This document shows, piece by piece, positions 19,112 through 29,292 of a stretch of DNA of 61,603 nt. Position 1 is the first letter of the stretch. Each line of letters begins with the position of its first letter. The position numbers and the translations under genes are program-made. Under the pieces are notes generated by a model. The model was not told the origin of the DNA and ran no database searches. It saw nothing but the letters and a program-made list of their open reading frames with translations. The DNA comes from Actinomycetota bacterium (GTDB taxonomy: Bacteria > Actinomycetota > Actinomycetes > JAKEEW01): positions 1 to 61,603 of the forward strand of contig JBKOZJ010000030.1 in NCBI GenBank assembly GCA_046725875.1, read 5' to 3'.

Positions 19112-22100
19112 ATGCTTGGCCGCCTCGTTCCCGCCACCGGACTCCTTCGTGCCGTACCCCCAGGCCTCCGCGACGTGGCGTCGCTGGCGGGCGGCGGGGT
19201 GGGCACGGCCGCCCAACTCGCCCTGCAGGTGCCGGTCGCTGCCGCAGGCGCGGTGGCGAGCAGCGTGCCGGCGCTACGGCGCGAGGTGGTCTCGGAGACG
19301 CGGGCCCTGACCGACCTACGGCCGGGTCGCACCCACCGCCGGGTGTGGAGCGGACACGGCCACGCCCATATTGAAGTACGGGGGATGACTGGCCGCGGCC
19401 CCCAACACCAGCGGCTGGCAGCCGGGGTGAAAGGCCAGATCGGAAGGCTTCGCGGGGTTCGCTGGGCCGAGGTCAACGCGGTGAGCGGTCAGGTCCTCGT
19501 CGCGTTCGACGATCGCCGGATCGACGTGGGAGACCTGCTGCGTGTTGTTCGGTCAGTGGAAACGGCGGAGGGCACCAGAGAGGAGAACTTCTCGTGGTCG
19601 CGCCCGCTGCATCCATCGGACAACACCCCGATCGCCGCTGCTGCGGTCGAACTGGCCGGCGATTGCCTCGCGCTGACGGCCTCCCTCGCCGCGAAAGTGA
19701 TGCGGCTGCCGGCGGCGCCGCGCGGCGTCCGGGTTGTCCAGGCCCTCCTTGAGGTCGAGCCACCGCTGCGCCGCATGCTCAAGCGCCGGGTTGGACCGAT
19801 GGGCACGGACTTGGTGCTGGCTCTTACCGCGGCCGGGCTACAGGGTCTGACGCAGGGACCGGCGCTGCCGGCGGTCGACGCACTCTTCCGGCTCGAGCTG
19901 CTTGCCGAGGCAGTGTCAAGGCGACGGGTGTGGGAGCGGCGCGAGAGTGAGCTCTGCTGTTCCCCAAAGGCTCTACCCCGGGAAGCGACCGTGCAGCCCG
20001 CCCGACCGCAACCGCGGCCGCGGGGACCGATCGAGGACTGGGTCGATCGGCTGGGCCCTGCCACCCTGGGCGGCGCGGCTGCGGTTCTTGCATTGACCCG
20101 GAGCCCGAGCCGGGCTGCCGACACGATCCTGGCCGCCGTGCCCAAGGCAGCGCGGTTCGGCCGGGAGGGGTTCGCCACCACCGTCGGACGCGGCCTCGCC
20201 AATCGCGGGGTCGTGCCGTTGAACGCTGCCGCCTGGCGCCGGCTGGACCGAGTGAGCGCCATCATCGTGGACTCGCCGGTTCTGTGCACCGGCGGGACGG
20301 ACGGCGCCGAGCCGGAGCTGGATTCCCTCGCGGACGCGATCGTCAACGCTGCACGGTCAAGCGGCGCGCGGCTCTTGCTGACGCGCCATGGTGGTGTTGG
20401 GGAGCTCGTCCCGAGAGCAGACGAGATCCTGACACCCGCCCGCTCGGTGGCCGATCACGTCCTCCGGCTGCAGGGCGAAGGGCACGGAGTCCTCGTGATC
20501 TCGGCAACAAACGACCAGGCCCTCGCGGCCGCCGACGTCGGGGTTGCGGTCCTGACCGGGAACGCCTGCCGCTGCTGGTCCGCTGACCTGCTCTGTGGCC
20601 CAGGACTGGCCGAGGTCTGGCGCCTGCTGCAGGCCGTCGCCGTTGCCCGTCCGGTCAGCAAACGCGCGGTCCAGCTCGCACAAGCGGGCTCCTCGCTGGG
20701 CGGGCTTCTCGCTCTCGTCGGTGGTCGCGGGGGCCAGGCGCAGGCGACGGCACCGGTCTATGGTGCGGCGTTGTTGTCTCTCCTGCAGGGAACGCTGGCC
20801 GGCCTTCGGGTGATCCACCGCTCGATGCCGCAACCAGTCCCGCACGTACCGTGGCACGCGCTCGATCCGTGGGACGTCTTCGCCAGCCTGGACGAGATAG
20901 GCGACGCTGCGGATACCACCCCGACCGACGGCTCGACGGGCGTCGCTCGCCTACGCGCGATGGCGGCCCACCTCGCGGATATTCCACCCGGCTCAGGTTT
21001 CCTTCGGCCGATACGAACGGGATACCGGTTGAGTGCTGCTGTTCGTGAGGAGCTGCACGACCCGCTGACTCCCGTCCTGGCGGTGGGCGCCGCCGCCTCG
21101 GCGATCGTGGGCTCGAGCGTGGACGCGCTGCTCGTTACGGCGGTCATGTGCGGAAACGCCCTGGTAAGTGGCCTACAACGGGTACGCGCAGAGCAAGCGC
21201 TGCATCGGCTGTTGCTCCAGCAAGAGGTGGTAGCACGCCGCCTGCCCCGCCAACGGCCTAGCAGGGAGGACACGAGCGGGGACGCCTTGTTCAATGACGA
21301 GGCGCCGCCACTCGAGACCGTTCCAGCCAAGGCGCTCAGGCCGGGTGACGTGATCGCGCTACGCAGTCCAGACGTCGTCCCCGCTGACGCGCGGCTGCTG
21401 TCCGCTGCCGACCTAGAGGTCGACGAATCGACCCTCACCGGCGAATCGCTCCCCGTGGAGAAAGGGATCGAGGCGACGCCGGACGAGCCGTTGGCGGAAC
21501 GCCGCTGCATGGTCTTTGAGGGGACGACGGTGGTCTCCGGTCGGAGCTACGCGGTCGTGGTCGCAACCGGCGACAGCACCGAGGCCGGGAAAGCCGCACA
21601 AGCCGCCAGCGCTCCGCGGCCCGCGGCTGGCATTCAGGCACGCCTGGCCGAGCTCACCCGGCTCACCCTCCCGGTCACGGCCATCGGTGGTGCCGTCGTT
21701 ACAGGTCTCGGAGTCCTACGCGGGCTCCGGTTGCGCCCAGCCGTGGCCGCGGGTGTTTCGGTGGCGGTTGCCGCCGTCCCGGAGGGTCTGCCGCTCGTAG
21801 CCACCGTCGCTCAGGCCGCGGCCGCTCGGCGGCTTTCCCGCAGCGGGGTGGTAGTCAGGTCGTCACGTACTCTCGAGGCGCTCGGCCGAGTCGATGTCGT
21901 CTGCTTCGACAAGACCGGGACGCTAACGGAGGGGCGCCTCGCCGTGACCCGGCTCGCGTCGGTGGACGGGGACCTGGAGATGGCCGACCCGACGGCGCAG
22001 CACCTGCTCGCCACCGCAGCCCGGGCGTGCCCGCCCGCCGATCCCGAGGCCACCGACACAGTCACGCACGCAACCGACCGTGCCGTACTGGACGCAGCGA

Positions 22101-23506
22101 GGAAATTGGTCAATTCGCAAACGTCCGGTCAACGCAATGCTGATTGGAAACTCCTGGCCGAACTGCCGTTCGAGACCAACCGGGGCTACTCCGCGTCGCT
22201 CGGCACCCAGAATGGTGGCCGGCTCCTGGTCGCCAAGGGAGCGCCCGAGGTCTTGCTTCCCGCCTGTCGCCGGGTGGCGAGCGGCTCTGGCGAGTCGACG
22301 CTAAGTGCGGCAAGCCGCCGCGCTGCCCAGCGCACACTCGAGCACCTCGCCGGCGAGGGGTTGCGAGTCCTCGCCGTCGCCGAGCGAAGCGACGGTATAC
22401 CGACACAACCCGGTGAGATCGAGGACCTGATCAGCGATTTGACCCTGCTCGGGTTTGTGGGCGTCGCCGATACCCCTCGACGAGACGCCGCGGCGGCGGT
22501 ACGGCGGATGTCCGACGCGGGAGTCCGTACCGTCATGATCACGGGCGACCATCCGACGACCGCGGCCGCGATCGCCCGGTCGGTCGGTATGCCGGCAGGC
22601 ACCGTCATGACCGGCACCGACCTGGATGAGATGACCGCGGCCGAACGTGTTCGGCGGGTCGCGGAGACCACCGTCTTCGCACGCGTGTCACCGGAGCAGA
22701 AGGTGCGGATCGTCGAGGCGATGCGCGCAGGAGGCAGTGTCGTCGCGATGACGGGAGATGGAGCCAACGATGCGGCCGCCATCCGGCTCGCTGATGTTGG
22801 TATCGGCGTCGCGGCGACCGGCTCGACGGCTGCCAGATCCGCCGCGGACCTGGTCCTGGCCAGCGCGGACATCCAGCGCATTCATGATGCGACGCTCGAG
22901 GGCCGCGATCTGTGGCATCGCATCGGCGATGCGATCTCCATCCTTGTGGGAGGCAACGCCGGCGAGGTGGCGTTCATGATCTTCGGTACCGCCGTGTCCG
23001 GGCAGGCTCCGCTGAACGTCCGCCAGCTGCTGATCGTCAACATGCTCACGGACATGTTCCCCGCGCTCGCAGTGGCTGTGGCGGAGCCGGGCAACGGCTC
23101 CCCGGCGGACGGACCGACCGCTGGTGTCCTCGGTGCACCCCTCGCCCGTGCCGTGGCGATCCGTGGCGGCGCGACCGCCCTCGGCGCTTCGCTCGCGTGG
23201 ATCATTGGCCGCTGCACTGGGCGCCGTCGCCGGGCTGGCAGCATGGGTCTCGCCGCGCTTGTTGGAACGCAGCTGGGCCAGACCCTCTTGGTCGGCTGGC
23301 GAAGCCCGCTCATCGTTGCCACGGCCCTTGCCTCGGCCGCCGCCTTGTTCGCCGCGATCCAGACGCCCGGGCTCAGTCAGTTCTTCGGCAGCACCCCGAT
23401 CGGTCCGGTCGCGTGGGCCGTCGTGCTCGGCTCGGCCGCCCTTGGCACCGTCGCCGCAGCCCTGGCCGCCCGGATTGCGGAACAGCGCCACCCGGCCCGC
23501 ACCTGA
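19112..23506 (+). CDS. Large cation-translocating P-type ATPase, mycobacterial CtpH/CtpI-like
   Basis: DESTLTGES, AVPEGL, DKTGTLT, KGAPE, TGDH, GDGAND motifs; 1464 aa with a long N-terminal extension. Confidence 0.92.
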   Translation: MLGRLVPATGLLRAVPPGLRDVASLAGGGVGTAAQLALQVPVAAAGAVASSVPALRREVVSETRALTDLRPGRTHRRVWSGHGHAHIEVRGMTGRGPQHQRLAAGVKGQIGRLRGVRWAEVNAVSGQVLVAFDDRRIDVGDLLRVVRSVETAEGTREENFSWSRPLHPSDNTPIAAAAVELAGDCLALTASLAAKVMRLPAAPRGVRVVQALLEVEPPLRRMLKRRVGPMGTDLVLALTAAGLQGLTQGPALPAVDALFRLELLAEAVSRRRVWERRESELCCSPKALPREATVQPARPQPRPRGPIEDWVDRLGPATLGGAAAVLALTRSPSRAADTILAAVPKAARFGREGFATTVGRGLANRGVVPLNAAAWRRLDRVSAIIVDSPVLCTGGTDGAEPELDSLADAIVNAARSSGARLLLTRHGGVGELVPRADEILTPARSVADHVLRLQGEGHGVLVISATNDQALAAADVGVAVLTGNACRCWSADLLCGPGLAEVWRLLQAVAVARPVSKRAVQLAQAGSSLGGLLALVGGRGGQAQATAPVYGAALLSLLQGTLAGLRVIHRSMPQPVPHVPWHALDPWDVFASLDEIGDAADTTPTDGSTGVARLRAMAAHLADIPPGSGFLRPIRTGYRLSAAVREELHDPLTPVLAVGAAASAIVGSSVDALLVTAVMCGNALVSGLQRVRAEQALHRLLLQQEVVARRLPRQRPSREDTSGDALFNDEAPPLETVPAKALRPGDVIALRSPDVVPADARLLSAADLEVDESTLTGESLPVEKGIEATPDEPLAERRCMVFEGTTVVSGRSYAVVVATGDSTEAGKAAQAASAPRPAAGIQARLAELTRLTLPVTAIGGAVVTGLGVLRGLRLRPAVAAGVSVAVAAVPEGLPLVATVAQAAAARRLSRSGVVVRSSRTLEALGRVDVVCFDKTGTLTEGRLAVTRLASVDGDLEMADPTAQHLLATAARACPPADPEATDTVTHATDRAVLDAARKLVNSQTSGQRNADWKLLAELPFETNRGYSASLGTQNGGRLLVAKGAPEVLLPACRRVASGSGESTLSAASRRAAQRTLEHLAGEGLRVLAVAERSDGIPTQPGEIEDLISDLTLLGFVGVADTPRRDAAAAVRRMSDAGVRTVMITGDHPTTAAAIARSVGMPAGTVMTGTDLDEMTAAERVRRVAETTVFARVSPEQKVRIVEAMRAGGSVVAMTGDGANDAAAIRLADVGIGVAATGSTAARSAADLVLASADIQRIHDATLEGRDLWHRIGDAISILVGGNAGEVAFMIFGTAVSGQAPLNVRQLLIVNMLTDMFPALAVAVAEPGNGSPADGPTAGVLGAPLARAVAIRGGATALGASLAWIIGRCTGRRRRAGSMGLAALVGTQLGQTLLVGWRSPLIVATALASAAALFAAIQTPGLSQFFGSTPIGPVAWAVVLGSAALGTVAAALAARIAEQRHPART

Positions 23507-23649
23507 TGTGGCCGGCACGACGCGGACCGACGGTGGCGGCCGGAGGCCGCGCCTGCATCGCTTGAGCTGGGGACGAAACGGCTCTGTTCTGATCGGCACT
23601 GGAGCGCTATCACTGAGGTGACAAACCCCCGTATGGTCGGGCGATCATC

Positions 23650-26001
23650 ATGCTTCTGTCCACTCGTCTGAGGACCGCGCGCGGGCCTGCTGCCACGATT
23701 GCCACGATCGCGCTATGCGTCTCCGGCGTTCAGGCAGAGCTGCATACCGCAAGGGCCGACACCGCACCGCCTTCCGGGACCCCCGCGACCGTCAGCGCAG
23801 ACGCATTGCCCACCTGGCAGGTCAACGGGGTGGTGTGGAGCATGGTCGTCGTAGGCAGTACCGTCTACGCCACCGGCAGCTTCACCAAAGCCCGCCCGCC
23901 GGGAACATCGGCCGGGAGCTCGCAGGAGGTTGCGCGGGCAAACCTGCTCGCCTTCAACATCGCGACGGGTAATCTCACCTCGTTCAAGCACTCGCTGAAC
24001 GGTCAAGGTCTGCGGGTCGCGAGATCGCCGGACGGATCACGCGTGTATGTCGGCGGTGACTTCACCACGGTGGACGGGAAGTCCCGCCGGCACCTGGTGG
24101 CCTTCAGCACGGCAACCGGCGCTCTCGTTTCTTCGTTCGCGCCGTCTGTCTCGGGTCGGGTCAGCGGTATCGCGGCGACGAATTCGCGCGTGTTCTTCGG
24201 CGGCAACTTCTCCAGCGTGAATGGATCGGCGCGGACCAGCCTGGCCGCAGTCAGCGCCAGCTCGGGTGCGACCATCAGCACGTGGAAGCCCAAGCCAGAC
24301 GGCGGGGTCACCGCGATGGTGCTTTCGCCGGACGCGAGCCGGGTCATCGTCGGCGGCCATTTCACCAAGCTGAATGGTGTCGCCGCGTACGGAATGGGCT
24401 CGCTGAGCGCCACCACTGGTGCGACCGGCGCGTGGGCCGCCAACAAGACCATCCGTGATGGCGGGCCCAACGGTGCGATCACGAGCTTGACGGCTGACGC
24501 CACGTTGATCTACGGCGCCGGGTACGCCTTCGGGTCGGGGGCGAACTTCGAGGGGACGTTCGCGGCCGCTCCGATCAGTGGGACTATCGAGTGGCTCAAC
24601 GATTGTCACGGCGACACCTACGACGTCCGCGCCATCGGACAGGTTGCTTACAGTGTGAGCCACGCGCACGACTGCTCGGCGATCGGTCAGTTCCCCGAGA
24701 CGAGTCCGCGAACATGGCACCACGCTCTCGCGACCACCACCTACGCGTCCGGCACGAACAAGGGACCGGACTCATACGGCTGGAACTACGACGGAATCCC
24801 CGCAGCCGGGCTACTGCATTGGTATCCCTCGCTCGCGATTGGGTCCTACACGGGGCAGTACCAGGCGGCCTGGGCTGTGACCGGCACCTCCAATTACGTC
24901 GTCCTCGGCGGTGAGTTTCCCAAGGTTGAGGGCAAGGCACAGCAAGGACTGACCCGGTTCGCCGTCAGCTCGATCGCACCGAACAAGACCGGTCCGATCG
25001 CCAGCGGCTGGACGGCCCCCAGCGTGTCGGCCTTGTCGGGTGGAAAGGTGAAGCTGACCTGGCGGGCCACCTGGGACCATGACAACAACGGCCTGACCTA
25101 CCAGGTGCTGCGTGACGGCGGGTCGACCCCGATCTTCGTCAGCGACCCGGTTAAGTCGAGTTTCTGGATTCTGCCGACACTCACCTTCACCGACTCTGGC
25201 CTCGCGAGCGGCTCGTCCCACACGTACCGAATCCGGGCGGTCGACCCCTTCGGGAACACGGCAACGAGCCCCACCTCGAGCGCGGTCACTGTCACCGCCG
25301 CTGCACTCGACCCGTATGCCGATGTGGTACTCCGGGACGGAGCCACCGACTACTGGCGGCTAGACGAGGCCGGGGGTGCTACAGCGCACAACGTTGCGTC
25401 GCCCGGCGATCTGGCGGTCGGCGCAGAGGTGAGCCATACAGTCGATGCCTTGGCGCAAGACGCGGGCAGGTCGCTGACCTTCGATGGTGGTGTCGATGGC
25501 ACCGCCGTCAGCACGTCCGCCCTCGCACTGGACAGCTTCAGCGTTGAGGCTTGGGTCAGAACCAGCAGCACGTCGGGCGGGGGAATCGTGGGGCATGGCG
25601 GCCCGTCCGCCAGCAACAGCAACGCCCCGGATCGACAGGTGTACCTGGCCGATGACGGGAGCGTCGTTTTCGGCCTGAGCAGCGAAACACCGCGCACGGT
25701 CAGCAGCGCGCCGGGGCTCAATGACGGGCGATGGCACCACCTTGTCGGCAGCGTGGACGCGACCGGGAAGATCAGCCTGTACGTCGACGGCGCATCCGTC
25801 GGCACCGACGCGGCGGCGACGCCAGAACAGCCGGTCTCCGGTCTCTTGCAGATCGGCGGCGACAAGCTGAGCGGCTGGCCGTCGCAACCCTCGACCGACT
25901 ACTTCACTGGATCTATTGACGAAGTGGCCATCTACGCGAAGCCGTTGACCGCGAGCCAGATCGCCGCCCACTATCAGATCGGCATGACGGGCCAGCGCTA
26001 G
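23650..26001 (+). CDS. Secreted beta-propeller + FN3 + LamG-like domain protein
   Basis: Signal peptide ending in ARA-D; repeated VYVGGDF/GGNF/GGHF blades; FN3 (LTW...YRIRAVD); LamG (FSVEAWVRT, DGRWHH, GSIDEVAIY). Confidence 0.85.
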   Translation: MLLSTRLRTARGPAATIATIALCVSGVQAELHTARADTAPPSGTPATVSADALPTWQVNGVVWSMVVVGSTVYATGSFTKARPPGTSAGSSQEVARANLLAFNIATGNLTSFKHSLNGQGLRVARSPDGSRVYVGGDFTTVDGKSRRHLVAFSTATGALVSSFAPSVSGRVSGIAATNSRVFFGGNFSSVNGSARTSLAAVSASSGATISTWKPKPDGGVTAMVLSPDASRVIVGGHFTKLNGVAAYGMGSLSATTGATGAWAANKTIRDGGPNGAITSLTADATLIYGAGYAFGSGANFEGTFAAAPISGTIEWLNDCHGDTYDVRAIGQVAYSVSHAHDCSAIGQFPETSPRTWHHALATTTYASGTNKGPDSYGWNYDGIPAAGLLHWYPSLAIGSYTGQYQAAWAVTGTSNYVVLGGEFPKVEGKAQQGLTRFAVSSIAPNKTGPIASGWTAPSVSALSGGKVKLTWRATWDHDNNGLTYQVLRDGGSTPIFVSDPVKSSFWILPTLTFTDSGLASGSSHTYRIRAVDPFGNTATSPTSSAVTVTAAALDPYADVVLRDGATDYWRLDEAGGATAHNVASPGDLAVGAEVSHTVDALAQDAGRSLTFDGGVDGTAVSTSALALDSFSVEAWVRTSSTSGGGIVGHGGPSASNSNAPDRQVYLADDGSVVFGLSSETPRTVSSAPGLNDGRWHHLVGSVDATGKISLYVDGASVGTDAAATPEQPVSGLLQIGGDKLSGWPSQPSTDYFTGSIDEVAIYAKPLTASQIAAHYQIGMTGQR

Positions 26002-26022
26002 GCCGGGAGCTGCAGGGGTCAA

Positions 26023-26259
26023 ATGAACCACACGTATCGGGTCATCGAGATCGTCGGGTCGTCGACGGACGGCGTGGACCAGGCCATCCGCAACGGCCTC
26101 ACCCGCGCCAACGCCACCCTCCGCAACCTGGACTGGTTCGAGGTGGCGGAGATCCGCGGTCATCTGGTCGATGGCGAAATCGGCCACTTCCAGGTGACCC
26201 TCAAGGTCGGGTTCCGGCTGGAAGCCGGGGACAGCGGCTCCAGCCTAGGCGCAGAATGA
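26023..26259 (+). CDS. Dodecin (flavin-binding)
   Basis: TYRVIEIVGSS...AIRN...NLDWFEV...FQVTLKVGFRL. Confidence 0.95.
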   Translation: MNHTYRVIEIVGSSTDGVDQAIRNGLTRANATLRNLDWFEVAEIRGHLVDGEIGHFQVTLKVGFRLEAGDSGSSLGAE

Positions 26260-26264
26260 CGGTG

Positions 26265-28373
26265 CTAGCCCTCCTGCGCGGCCGCTCTAAGTTCGGGGCG
26301 AGTCGCCCGAGGTACACCGGCCGCAGCATAGGCCTCGTCCGCATCGAGTGACTCCCGGTCGAGCAGGGTGTGCGCGAGCCGGTCGAGCTGGTCCCGATGG
26401 GACCGCAGGGTTTCCAGAGTTTTGGCGTAGCACTCGTCGACGATCTTGCGGGCCTCGGCGTCCACGAGCTCGCGCGTCGCCGGTGACGGGCCGCTGCCGT
26501 CCAGCGACCCGTACGGTTGATTTTGGTCCTCCCGTGGAAGCACCGTGAGGGGACCGATCCGCTCGGACATACCCCACCGGCCGACCATCTGTCGTGCGAT
26601 CTTGCTTACCTGGTCGAGGTCGGACTCGGCGCCGGTGGTGATGGAGCCGCAGACCAGCTCTTCCGCGGCGCGCCCGCCGAGCGCGCCGGAGATGCGCCCG
26701 CGCAGGTATTCCTCGGAGTAGCTGTACCGGTCGGACTCCGGGCTCTGGAATGTCACGCCGAGTGCGTGCCCACGCGGCACAATCGAGATCTTCCGAACCG
26801 GGTCAGCGCCCGGGGTCAGCATCCCGAGCAGCGCATGACCTGACTCGTGGTAGGCGGTCCGGGCCCGCTCATCTGCGCTCATGGTGATCGGTCGGGCCGC
26901 CCCCAGCACCACCTTCTCGAGCGCATCGTTGAAGTCGACCATTCGCACCCGGGTCTGGCCGCGGCGAGCCGCTAGCAACGCCGCCTCGTTGACCAGATTG
27001 CGCAGGTCGGCGCCGACCATTCCGACCGTGGTGGATGCCAGCACCTCGAGGTCCACGTCTGGGGCGAGCGGGACGTGCCTGGTGTGCACCTCCAGGATCA
27101 TCCGTCGCCCGGTCTGGTCCGGCGGACTGATCACTACCCGGCGGTCGAACCTGCCCGGCCGCAGCAGAGCATCGTCCAAGACGTCGGGCCGGTTCGTCGC
27201 GGCGAGAACAACCACGCCCTCGGTTCCGGTGAACCCGTCCATCTCCGTGAGGATCTGGTTGAGCGTCTGCTCCCGCTCGTCCACCCCACCGACGCTCACG
27301 CCGCCGCGGGCACGCCCGATTGCGTCGAGTTCATCGATGAAGATGATCGCCGGCGCGTTCTTCTTCGCAGTCTCGAACAGGTCGCGCACCCGGGACGCCC
27401 CGACCCCGACAAACAGCTGGACGAACTCCGAAGCCGATGTGAAGTAGAACGGCACCTTCGCCTCGCCGGCCACAGCCCGGGCCAGTAGCGTCTTTCCGGT
27501 GCCTGGTGAGCCGGACAGCAGGACGCCCTTGGGGATCGTCGCGCCGATTCGCCGATACTTCTGCGGTTCGCGCAGGAAGTCGACGATCTCGCTGACCTGG
27601 TCCTTCACCTCGTCGATGCCCGCTACGTCGGCGAACGTGGTCCGGGGCCCGGCCTCCGGCTCGTAACGCTGGGCGCGCGACCGGCCCAGCCCGCCCAATC
27701 CACTGAGGCCGCTGCCCGCTCGCCGGAACCACCAGACCAGCAGCGCGAGGAACAGCAACGCCGGACCGAAGCCGACCAGGAGCTGCTGCCAGAGCGGGAC
27801 TTGGTCTGGCGGCTTGGCGTTGACGGTGACGTTTTTCGACACCAGCAACTGCAAGAGCCCGTCGTCCGCGAACGACGGACGCTGGGTCGTGAACTGGGTG
27901 ACCTGCTTTGCATCCTCATCACCCGGCGGATACGCGGCCGCCTTGCGGAACTCTCCCTCGATTCTTTCCCCGGTGGAGGTGATCTCGGTGACGTTCCCGG
28001 CTTGCACCTGCTCACGGAAGAACGTGTACGACACAGTGGTCCGTTGCGGACCGAGCATCGAGCTCGCAAATATCCAGTTGACGACGAGGAGGACGAGGAT
28101 CACCCACCAAAGCCGACGGAAGATCCGCGACCAGTGCGGTGGCGTCGGTTGGTCGCCGCCCGAAGGGCGTTCGCCTTCCACCCGCCAACTCGGCCGTTCA
28201 TCCTGGCCGCTTGGGCGGCCCTCGCTTCGTTCCGGGGGCCGGGACCGCGCGTCCTGCGCCGGAGTCCCCTGTCCCCGGTCAGACGGCCGGGACGGCGCGT
28301 CCTGCCCCGGAGCCCGTTGTCCCTGGTCAGTAGGCGGCGCGCTCGCATGGTCGCCGCTTGCAGCGTTGGTCAT
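26265..28373 (-). CDS. ftsH: ATP-dependent zinc metalloprotease FtsH (probably an accessory paralogue)
   Basis: Two TMs, [39 protein letters not shown] zinc motif. Confidence 0.95.
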   Translation of the reverse strand: MTNAASGDHASAPPTDQGQRAPGQDAPSRPSDRGQGTPAQDARSRPPERSEGRPSGQDERPSWRVEGERPSGGDQPTPPHWSRIFRRLWWVILVLLVVNWIFASSMLGPQRTTVSYTFFREQVQAGNVTEITSTGERIEGEFRKAAAYPPGDEDAKQVTQFTTQRPSFADDGLLQLLVSKNVTVNAKPPDQVPLWQQLLVGFGPALLFLALLVWWFRRAGSGLSGLGGLGRSRAQRYEPEAGPRTTFADVAGIDEVKDQVSEIVDFLREPQKYRRIGATIPKGVLLSGSPGTGKTLLARAVAGEAKVPFYFTSASEFVQLFVGVGASRVRDLFETAKKNAPAIIFIDELDAIGRARGGVSVGGVDEREQTLNQILTEMDGFTGTEGVVVLAATNRPDVLDDALLRPGRFDRRVVISPPDQTGRRMILEVHTRHVPLAPDVDLEVLASTTVGMVGADLRNLVNEAALLAARRGQTRVRMVDFNDALEKVVLGAARPITMSADERARTAYHESGHALLGMLTPGADPVRKISIVPRGHALGVTFQSPESDRYSYSEEYLRGRISGALGGRAAEELVCGSITTGAESDLDQVSKIARQMVGRWGMSERIGPLTVLPREDQNQPYGSLDGSGPSPATRELVDAEARKIVDECYAKTLETLRSHRDQLDRLAHTLLDRESLDADEAYAAAGVPRATRPELRAAAQEG
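28237..28332. repeat. 48-bp tandem duplication in the FtsH N-terminal extension
   Basis: Units 28237-28284 and 28285-28332, ~40/48 identical; encode [16 protein letters not shown] / [16 protein letters not shown]. Confidence 0.8.
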
Positions 28374-28616
28374 GGTCCACCACCTCCCTCCCTTCTACCG
28401 CGGAACGACCGATGATCTTCCCGAGCAAACGTCGGTCCGATCCGCCATTTCCGCCGTCATGCCGGCACGGCACCTACCGCAATCATCCTCCCAACCAAGG
28501 CCGGCCGCATCGGGCGGCCCTCGTGCAGGTGACGGCCTCAGGGCGATCACAAAGCCACTCCCCTCCTTTCCGAGCCCCGCTCCACCGCCGCCTGCCTAGC
28601 CAACTGCCTCGCATGA

Positions 28617-28642
28617 GGAACAGGAGTGCTCGGCGCGGCGTT
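28617..28642 (+). promoter_or_regulatory. SigR/SigH-type promoter candidate GGAAC-N18-GTT
   Basis: ggaac aggagtgctcggcgcggc gtt, 63 bp upstream of ATG 28705. Confidence 0.55.
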
Positions 28643-28704
28643 TTCAGTAGGGCGTGGACCGGCGCATGAGCCGGCCGCGACTCGCGTACGACGAAAGACA
28701 GACG

Positions 28705-29205
28705 ATGGCGACATGCATTACCTGTGGTGCTGAGCTGCCCGCCGAGCGAGCCGAGAAGTACGACTACTGCACTGCGCCCGAGTGCCAGGCAGAGAATCTC
28801 AAGGGCTTGACCATGGTGGCAATCGCCCAGAACAAGGCTGCGGATGAGTATCGGATTCTGGACGAGCAGACCCGCAAGGAGATGGCCAGCGGGCGCTACC
28901 GCGACCAGCGCCGCACCTCCTTCGGCCCGCCGGCCACGGTCGATCACGGCGACGACGGCGGCTCCCCCGTTCCGGCCAGCCCAACCGACCAGCCGGCATC
29001 CATCCCTGGTGCGACACGGACCACCCGCCGGACCGTCGCGGTTCCGAAGCCGACCCGCCGTCCATGGAGCCGGTCGCAGGAGAAGCTCGCGCTGCTGTAC
29101 AACGAGCAGGGCCTGCGACCTGACGAGATCGCCCGACGGCTCGGGCTCAGCACCTACACCGTTACCCAGATCATCCTGTCCGGACGGAACCAGAAACGGC
29201 GCTGA
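28705..29205 (+). CDS. Hypothetical protein: N-terminal C4 zinc finger, C-terminal HTH
   Basis: MATCITCGAELPAERAEKYDYCTAPEC...; C-terminal WSRSQEKLALLYNEQGLRPDEIARRLGLSTYTV. Confidence 0.75.
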   Translation: MATCITCGAELPAERAEKYDYCTAPECQAENLKGLTMVAIAQNKAADEYRILDEQTRKEMASGRYRDQRRTSFGPPATVDHGDDGGSPVPASPTDQPASIPGATRTTRRTVAVPKPTRRPWSRSQEKLALLYNEQGLRPDEIARRLGLSTYTVTQIILSGRNQKRR

Positions 29206-29292
29206 CCTGCATGAACCTGCGGTAGCCGCCCGTCCTCTCGCAGCTTGCCCGTGCGGTCAGCGTGTGACAGTCATTCGGATTACGGTCGAGCC

